A stretch of 44,067 nucleotides of DNA from a virus (taxonomy: Duplodnaviria; Heunggongvirae; Uroviricota; Caudoviricetes): IMG/VR virus record IMGVR_UViG_2909303794_000010, positions 1 to 44,067 of that record, one strand, 5' to 3'. Below the pieces are notes generated by a model, which had not been told where the DNA came from, did no database searches, and saw only the letters and a list, made by a program, of their open reading frames with translations. A program made the position numbers and the translations under genes. Shown here one piece after another: positions 38,763 to 44,067 of the stretch; position 1 is the stretch's first letter; each line of letters opens with the position of its first letter.

Positions 38763-38860
38763 AAGAGAAACAACAAACAGGCAGGACGCCCACGAAGTAG
38801 CCGCCGGTGGCGTATGAATGACCGGATGATTCGTTAAATACTATGTGTAAGAGAGCGCAA

Positions 38861-39064
38861 ATGAACCGTTATTTCACATGCTCGTTTTGTGGCGCAAACG
38901 AGCTGCAGGCAAAAAAAATCATCGCCAAAGGCGGAAAAGATGAAGTTGCTATCTGCTCTGAGTGCGTAGTCTTGTGTGTCGGGGCATTAATCAATATCAG
39001 CACAACTATTCAGTTCACACCAAATGAGAATGCGCCTTTAGATGCGCGGAAATCTGGAGGTTAA
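38861..39064 (+). CDS. small zinc-ribbon protein resembling the ClpX N-terminal zinc-binding domain
   Basis: FTCSFCGANELQAKKIIAKGGKDEVAICSECVVLC parallels the ClpX C4 motif (CSFCG...ICDEC) as I recall it; start taken at MNRYF with RBS AAGAGAG. Confidence 0.55.
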   Translation: MNRYFTCSFCGANELQAKKIIAKGGKDEVAICSECVVLCVGALINISTTIQFTPNENAPLDARKSGG

Positions 39065-39072
39065 AGAACAAA

Positions 39073-39348
39073 ATGAAAGTCCAGATTTTAAACAATAGTG
39101 GTGAAGTCGTTTGGTCATACGACATAGCCGCTCCTGTAGATCAGAGCGGCGATAGCTGGACCAATGGGAAACATCAGATTATGGCTGGAGTTGTGTTCTC
39201 TTTACGCCGTGCTTTAGAACAGGCTGAAGTCTTTCCATCAGACCCTGAATGGAAATGGCCTTTTTCTATTTGTCCAAATTCGGAGAGTACATTTCAGAAA
39301 ATTGGTCAGAAAGTCGCACTCGAAGAGCATCAGCCAACTGTTTCCTGA
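39073..39348 (+). CDS. hypothetical protein (91 aa)
   Basis: ORF 9 bp after the preceding gene in the pL-like operon. Confidence 0.45.
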   Translation: MKVQILNNSGEVVWSYDIAAPVDQSGDSWTNGKHQIMAGVVFSLRRALEQAEVFPSDPEWKWPFSICPNSESTFQKIGQKVALEEHQPTVS

Positions 39349-39511
39349 TTTTTTCAGGTAACTCGTCGGCATCGCAGAAACAACAACGCTCGATCATGTT
39401 GAAAGCCGATTCGTAGAACTGTTTCTGCTGAGTGTCGCTGAGACAGGAAAAGAGCGACGTTACGATGATTTTATTAATTGCATTATCAAGTTCTTTTTCA
39501 TCAAAAGTCAT
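39266..39511 (-). CDS. hypothetical protein (81 aa)
   Basis: RBS AAGGAAAA upstream of the ATG at 39511; convergent with and overlapping the 3' end of the preceding plus-strand ORF. Confidence 0.4.
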   Translation of the reverse strand: MTFDEKELDNAINKIIVTSLFSCLSDTQQKQFYESAFNMIERCCFCDADELPEKIRKQLADALRVRLSDQFSEMYSPNLDK

Positions 39512-40024
39512 TTGATTTTCCTTTTATGTATACGGGCTTAAAAGGATACCACCGAGCCTGAAGTGGTGAAAAGACAGGCACATAACAGCTAAGTATTTTC
39601 AACCAAAGAGAATCCTTAGCGTTGTGGTGAATGCGGCTCAGCGCACGCGGGTTAAGGTTGAGGCTGACAGTCGACCTTCTGTGGATACCCACCCGCCTGG
39701 TGTGCAACCTTCGCCAGGCACCGGGAGGCACCCGGCACCACAACTTTATGCTGTGTGTAGTCTTGGCGGTACCAGTTTGTACCCTTGCTTCCGGCTGGTA
39801 TCGCCCTTTTTACAAAACAGAGAAGAGCATCACCGGACGACGGGCTTATAACCCAATCCATCCGGGCGGCTGCTACCGCAGGTGTTCTTCTCTGTTTTGT
39901 GGAGAAACTAACCGCCCCTGCGGGGGCATTTATGGAAATGTAATTGACTCAATAATCGCCGGACGGTGAGGGCTTCCTTTTACCCGAATTCAGCGCGGTG
40001 CAGCGCATATACGTGGAGAACAAA

Positions 40025-40561
40025 ATGTCATTTATTAAAACTTTTTCCGGGAAGCATTTTTATTATGACAGGATAAATAAAGACGACATCGTTATTAACG
40101 ATATCGCGGTTTCCCTTTCAAATATCTGTCGCTTTGCAGGACATCTTTCACACTTCTACAGTGTCGCCCAACATGCGGTGCTTTGCAGCCAGCTGGTGCC
40201 ACAGGAATTTGCTTTTGAAGCTTTAATGCATGATGCAACAGAAGCATATTGCCAGGACATCCCCGCACCACTGAAACGACTTCTTCCTGACTATAAACGG
40301 ATGGAAGAAAAAATAGACGCCGTAATCCGTGAGAAATACGGGTTACCTCCTGTTATGAGCACGCCAGTGAAATATGCCGATCTCATTATGCTGGCAACCG
40401 AACGCCGCGATCTCGGGCTTGATGATGGCTCTTTCTGGCCTGTACTGGAAGGTATCCCGGCAACAGAGATGTTCAAAGTGATTCCACAGGCACCGGGCCA
40501 TGCCTACGGGATGTTTATGGAACGTTTTAACGAGTTATCGGAGTTACGCAAATGCGCATGA
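40025..40561 (+). CDS. HD-domain phosphohydrolase
   Basis: H...HD motif (LMHDATEAY) and conserved downstream acidic residues; start at ATG 40025 with GGAGA RBS; the track start at 39998 is a GTG. Confidence 0.7.
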   Translation: MSFIKTFSGKHFYYDRINKDDIVINDIAVSLSNICRFAGHLSHFYSVAQHAVLCSQLVPQEFAFEALMHDATEAYCQDIPAPLKRLLPDYKRMEEKIDAVIREKYGLPPVMSTPVKYADLIMLATERRDLGLDDGSFWPVLEGIPATEMFKVIPQAPGHAYGMFMERFNELSELRKCA

Positions 40562-40914
40562 ATGTTTTCGAAATGGAAGGGTTTCTTCGTGGGAGATGTG
40601 TACCGCGAGATCTGAAAGTGAATGAAACAGATGCTGAATACCTGGTGCGTAAATTCGATGCGCTTGAAGCTAAATGTGCAGCACAGGAAAACAAAGTAAT
40701 ACCAGTGTCAACTGAACTGCCACCAGCAAATGAAAGTGTTTTGTTATTCGATGCTAACGGAGAAGGCTGGCTAATTGGCTGGCGTTCTCTCTGGTACACC
40801 TGGGGACAAAAAGAAACCGGAGAATGGCAGTGGACATTTCAGGTCGGGGACCTTGAAAACGTCAATATCACTCACTGGGCAGTAATGCCAAAAGCACCGG
40901 AGGCTGGAGCATAA
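40552..40914 (+). CDS. DUF551-like protein
   Basis: C-terminal ...NITHWAVMPKAPE resembles the DUF551 terminal motif from memory. Confidence 0.55.
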   Translation: MRMNVFEMEGFLRGRCVPRDLKVNETDAEYLVRKFDALEAKCAAQENKVIPVSTELPPANESVLLFDANGEGWLIGWRSLWYTWGQKETGEWQWTFQVGDLENVNITHWAVMPKAPEAGA

Positions 40915-41219
40915 TGACCACTTTTACCGACAAAGAACTGATTAAAGAAATTAAAGAGCGTATCAGCAGCCTTGACGTGCGAGACGATATTGAGCGCCGT
41001 GCTTATGAAATCGCACTCCTATCTCTGGAAGTAGAACCAGATGAACGCGAAGCTTATGAATTATTCATGGAAAAGCGTTTCGGTGACTTAGTAGATCGTC
41101 GGAGAGCAAAAAACGGCGATAACGAATACATGGCATGGGATATGACTCTCGGTTGGATCGTCTGGCAGCAACGAGCAGGTATCCATTTTTCAACAATGTC
41201 ACAACAAGAGGTGAAATAA
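40914..41219 (+). CDS. hypothetical protein (101 aa)
   Basis: Overlapping stop/start with neighbours in the pL-like operon. Confidence 0.4.
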   Translation: MTTFTDKELIKEIKERISSLDVRDDIERRAYEIALLSLEVEPDEREAYELFMEKRFGDLVDRRRAKNGDNEYMAWDMTLGWIVWQQRAGIHFSTMSQQEVK

Positions 41220-41569
41220 TGGAGCCATACAGCCTCACACTCGATGAGGCCTGTCATTTTCTCAAGATATCCAGACCGACTGCCATTAACTGGATACGCA
41301 CAGGGCGTCTTCAGGCAACACGCAAAGATCCCACTAAGAATAAATCTCCTTACCTCACAACACGACAAGCCTGCATTGCGGCTCTTCAGTCTCCGCTGCA
41401 TACTGTCCAGGTGAGCGCGGGTGATGGCATAACAGAGGAAAGAAAATGTCACTCTTCCGCAGAGGTGAAATATGGTACGCCAGTTTCACATTGCCGAACG
41501 GTAAAAGATTTAAACAGTCTCTTGGAACAAAGGACAAAAGGCAGGCGACAGAACTCCATGACAAGCTAA
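41219..41569 (+). CDS. excisionase-like HTH protein (end uncertain; overlaps the integrase start)
   Basis: [30 protein letters not shown] is an AlpA/Xis-type HTH; RBS AGGTGA before the ATG at 41219. Confidence 0.55.
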   Translation: MEPYSLTLDEACHFLKISRPTAINWIRTGRLQATRKDPTKNKSPYLTTRQACIAALQSPLHTVQVSAGDGITEERKCHSSAEVKYGTPVSHCRTVKDLNSLLEQRTKGRRQNSMTS

Positions 41570-42609
41570 AGGCTGAAGCATGGCGGGTCAGCAAACTTGG
41601 TGAAATACCTGATATAACGTTCGAGGAAGCGTGTGTCAGGTGGCTTGAAGAGAAAGCACATAAAAAATCACTGGACGATGACAAAAGCCGGATCGGATTC
41701 TGGCTTCAACATTTCGCAGGAATGCAACTAAGAGACATTACTGAATCAAAAATTTATTCAGCAATGCAGAAAATGACGAACCGGCGTCATGAGGAAAACT
41801 GGAAACTCAGGGCAGAAGCATGCAGAAAAAAAGGGAAACCTGTTCCAGAATACACGCCAAAACCAGCGTCCGTTGCAACGAAGGCTACGCATCTTTCATT
41901 TATAAAGGCCCTACTAAGAGCCGCAGAGCGTGAATGGAAAATGCTGGATAAGGCACCAATTATTAAAGTGCCTCAACCAAAGAATAAACGGATCCGCTGG
42001 CTGGAGCCCCATGAAGCACAAAGGCTGATTGATGAATGTCCGGAGCCATTAAAGTCTGTTGTTGAATTTGCACTGGCAACAGGTTTAAGACGCTCGAACA
42101 TCATCAACCTTGAATGGCAACAAATAGATATGCAGCGCCGGGTGGCATGGATAAACCCGGAAGAGAGTAAATCAAACCGCGCAATTGGCGTTGCGCTGAA
42201 TGATACTGCATGTCGCGTATTGAAAAAACAAATCGGGAATCATCACCGTTGGGTATTTGTGTACAAGGAAAGCTGTACCAAACCAGACGGAACGAAAGCG
42301 CCAACAGTAAGGAAGATGCGGTATGACGCAAACACAGCCTGGAAAGCGGCGCTGAGACGGGCTGGTATTGATGATTTCAGATTTCACGACTTGAGACACA
42401 CCTGGGCAAGTTGGCTGGTTCAAGCCGGAGTCCCGTTGTCAGTGTTACAGGAAATGGGAGGCTGGGAGTCTATCGAAATGGTTCGTCGATATGCTCACCT
42501 TGCACCTAATCACCTTACCGAACACGCACGGCAAATAGACTCGATCCTGAACCCATCGGTCCCAAATTTGTCCCAGTCAAAAAATAAGGAAGGTACTAAT
42601 GATGTGTAA
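41446..42609 (+). CDS. tyrosine integrase (prophage integrase)
   Basis: 387 aa with [10 protein letters not shown]...Y-type C-terminal catalytic region; adjacent to the tRNA attachment site. Confidence 0.9.
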   Translation: MSLFRRGEIWYASFTLPNGKRFKQSLGTKDKRQATELHDKLKAEAWRVSKLGEIPDITFEEACVRWLEEKAHKKSLDDDKSRIGFWLQHFAGMQLRDITESKIYSAMQKMTNRRHEENWKLRAEACRKKGKPVPEYTPKPASVATKATHLSFIKALLRAAEREWKMLDKAPIIKVPQPKNKRIRWLEPHEAQRLIDECPEPLKSVVEFALATGLRRSNIINLEWQQIDMQRRVAWINPEESKSNRAIGVALNDTACRVLKKQIGNHHRWVFVYKESCTKPDGTKAPTVRKMRYDANTAWKAALRRAGIDDFRFHDLRHTWASWLVQAGVPLSVLQEMGGWESIEMVRRYAHLAPNHLTEHARQIDSILNPSVPNLSQSKNKEGTNDV

Positions 42610-42622
42610 CTTATTGATTTAA

Positions 42623-42669
42623 ATGGTGCCGATAATAGGAGTCGAACCTACGACCTTCGCATTACGAAT
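42623..42669. repeat. right att direct repeat (within the tRNA 3' end)
   Basis: Identical to 1232-1278. Confidence 0.8.
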
Positions 42670-42699
42670 GCGCTGCTCTACCAACTGAGCTATATCGGC
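42624..42699 (-). tRNA. thrW: tRNA-Thr (anticodon CGU)
   Basis: Reverse complement reads GCCGATATAGCTCAGTTGGTAGAGCAGCGCATTCGTAATGCGAAGGTCGTAGGTTCGACTCCTATTATCGGCACCA: cloverleaf-compatible, anticodon loop TT-CGT-AA, T-loop GGTTCGACTCC, encoded CCA. Confidence 0.9.
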
Positions 42700-42813
42700 C
42701 CTGAAAGGACATGTTCACGAACGTGAATCACGGTGGACAAGGTTAAAACTAACCGGGCGATGCGTCAATGGCCTTGTGAATCAAATGGCTACTTTTGCAT
42801 CACCCGGTTTTAT

Positions 42814-44067
42814 TTACGCACGAATGGTGTAATCACCAATGCCGATCCACTTGTAAGTGGTCAGTGCTTCCAGCCCCATTGGGCCACGCGCGTGGAGTTT
42901 TTGTGTGCTTACCGCCACTTCCGCACCCAGTCCAAACTGGCCGCCGTCGGTAAAACGCGTAGAGGCGTTAACGTAAACAGCGGACGAATCCACTTCGTTA
43001 ACAAAACGCTGGGCGTTGCGCATATCGCGGGTCAGGATCGCATCGGAGTGTTGTGTGCCGTGTTCACGAATATGGGCGATGGCATCGTCAAGATCACTGA
43101 CGATTTTGACGTTCAAATCTAATGACAGAAACTCATCGTCATACTCTTCCGCTTTAACAGCCACCACCTTCGCGGGGCCTGTCTGCAACTGCGCCAGCGC
43201 AGCTGCATCTGCGTGTAATGCCACGCCGCTTTCCTCCATTTGTTTGCTTAATGCGGGCAGGAAGCTATCGGCGATGTTTTTATTCACCAGCAACGTTTCT
43301 ACCGTATTACATGTGCTCGGACGCTGAGTTTTCGCGTTGACGATCACTTTTAATGCTTCAGCAATCTCTACACTTTCATCAACATAAATATGGCATACGC
43401 CTATACCACCTGTGATCACCGGGATCGTCGACTGTTCGCGGCACAGTTTATGCAAACCAGCGCCACCACGCGGGATCAGCATGTCGATGTATTTATCCAT
43501 ACGCAGCATTTCACTGACCAGCGCACGGTCAGGATTATCAATCGCCTGCACGGCACCCGCCGGTAAGCCGCAGGATTTCAGGGCGTCCTGAATCACCGCC
43601 ACCGTTGCAGCGTTAGTGCGACACGTTTCTTTGCCACCGCGCAGGATCACCGCATTACCGGTTTTCAGGCACAGCGAAGCGACATCAACCGTCACGTTCG
43701 GGCGCGCTTCATAAATCACGCCAATAACCCCCAGCGGTACGCGACGACGCTCAAGACGCAGGCCGCTGTCCAGTACGCCGCCATCGATTACCTGCCCCAC
43801 CGGATCGGCGAGGTTGCACACCTGACGTACATCGTCGGCAATGCCTTTCAGCCGTGCGGGCGTCAGTGCCAGACGGTCAAGCATCGCTTCGCTAAGGCCA
43901 TTGGCTCGCGCGTCAGCAACATCCTGGGCGTTAGCGTTGAGGATGATTTCGCTTTGTGCTTCCAGTTCATCGGCGATTTTTTCCAGCACGCGATTTTTTT
44001 CGCGGCTGGAGAGTTGCGCTAATTTATACGAGGCTTGCTTCGCGGCAATGCCCATTTGTTCCAGCAT
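42814..44067 (-). CDS. proA: gamma-glutamyl phosphate reductase
   Basis: 417-aa protein [38 protein letters not shown]... recognised as enterobacterial ProA; proA-thrW adjacency matches E. coli. Confidence 0.9.
   Translation of the reverse strand: MLEQMGIAAKQASYKLAQLSSREKNRVLEKIADELEAQSEIILNANAQDVADARANGLSEAMLDRLALTPARLKGIADDVRQVCNLADPVGQVIDGGVLDSGLRLERRRVPLGVIGVIYEARPNVTVDVASLCLKTGNAVILRGGKETCRTNAATVAVIQDALKSCGLPAGAVQAIDNPDRALVSEMLRMDKYIDMLIPRGGAGLHKLCREQSTIPVITGGIGVCHIYVDESVEIAEALKVIVNAKTQRPSTCNTVETLLVNKNIADSFLPALSKQMEESGVALHADAAALAQLQTGPAKVVAVKAEEYDDEFLSLDLNVKIVSDLDDAIAHIREHGTQHSDAILTRDMRNAQRFVNEVDSSAVYVNASTRFTDGGQFGLGAEVAVSTQKLHARGPMGLEALTTYKWIGIGDYTIRA

Larger units (their letters stand above)
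1232..42669. mobile_element. integrated prophage (~41.4 kb): lambdoid regulation, HK97-type head, Mu-like contractile tail, integrated at tRNA-Thr (thrW)
   Basis: Bounded by 47-bp direct repeats; integrase and excisionase next to the intact tRNA; full set of phage modules in between. Confidence 0.85.

Noticed and set aside
39624-39969. Overlapping ORFs of 75 and 112 aa (plus strand) and 69 and 80 aa (minus strand) in the GC-rich segment
   Set aside because: Mutually overlapping on both strands, no RBS, implausible amino-acid composition; treated as non-coding, see the finding on this segment.
1-44067. Insertion sequences, transposases or rRNA genes
   Set aside because: No transposase-like ORF, terminal inverted repeats of IS type, or rRNA-like sequence seen anywhere in the window.

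Overview
The window is a chromosomal proA-thrW junction (enterobacterial, E. coli/Shigella-like) carrying an integrated prophage of about 41.4 kb. The prophage is bounded by 47-bp direct repeats (1232-1278 and 42623-42669) that are the 3' end of tRNA-Thr(CGU); the intact tRNA (42624-42699, minus) and a complete proA (42814-44067, minus) lie at the right edge. At the left edge, outside the repeat, is a P4-type integrase that looks C-terminally truncated, which suggests a second integrative element or remnant abutting the prophage. The prophage is mosaic: a lambdoid regulatory core (CI-like repressor, Cro-like, O-like initiator with in-gene iterons, RusA, KilA-N, Dam-like methylase, Q-type antiterminator), a lambda-like lysis cassette, an HK97-type head module, and a Mu-like contractile tail ending in a Gin/Pin-type invertible tail-fibre segment. 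This resembles thrW-integrating SfV-like phages as I remember them, but that is not verified. Three low-GC accessory loci are not explained by the phage backbone and are the main candidates for a new system: (1) a three-gene cluster at the attL-proximal end, with an FRG-domain protein followed by a Septu-like ATPase and HNH nuclease pair (1855-5488); (2) an antisense two-gene unit between Q and the late genes, a 342-aa protein of unrecognised family plus a 4-TM membrane protein (30180-31791); (3) an antisense pair of unknown proteins between the lysis cassette and the HNH/terminase genes (26075-27080). All calls rest on reading the supplied translations and sequence by eye; no database search was run, so family assignments are motif-level and coordinates of starts are approximate where noted.
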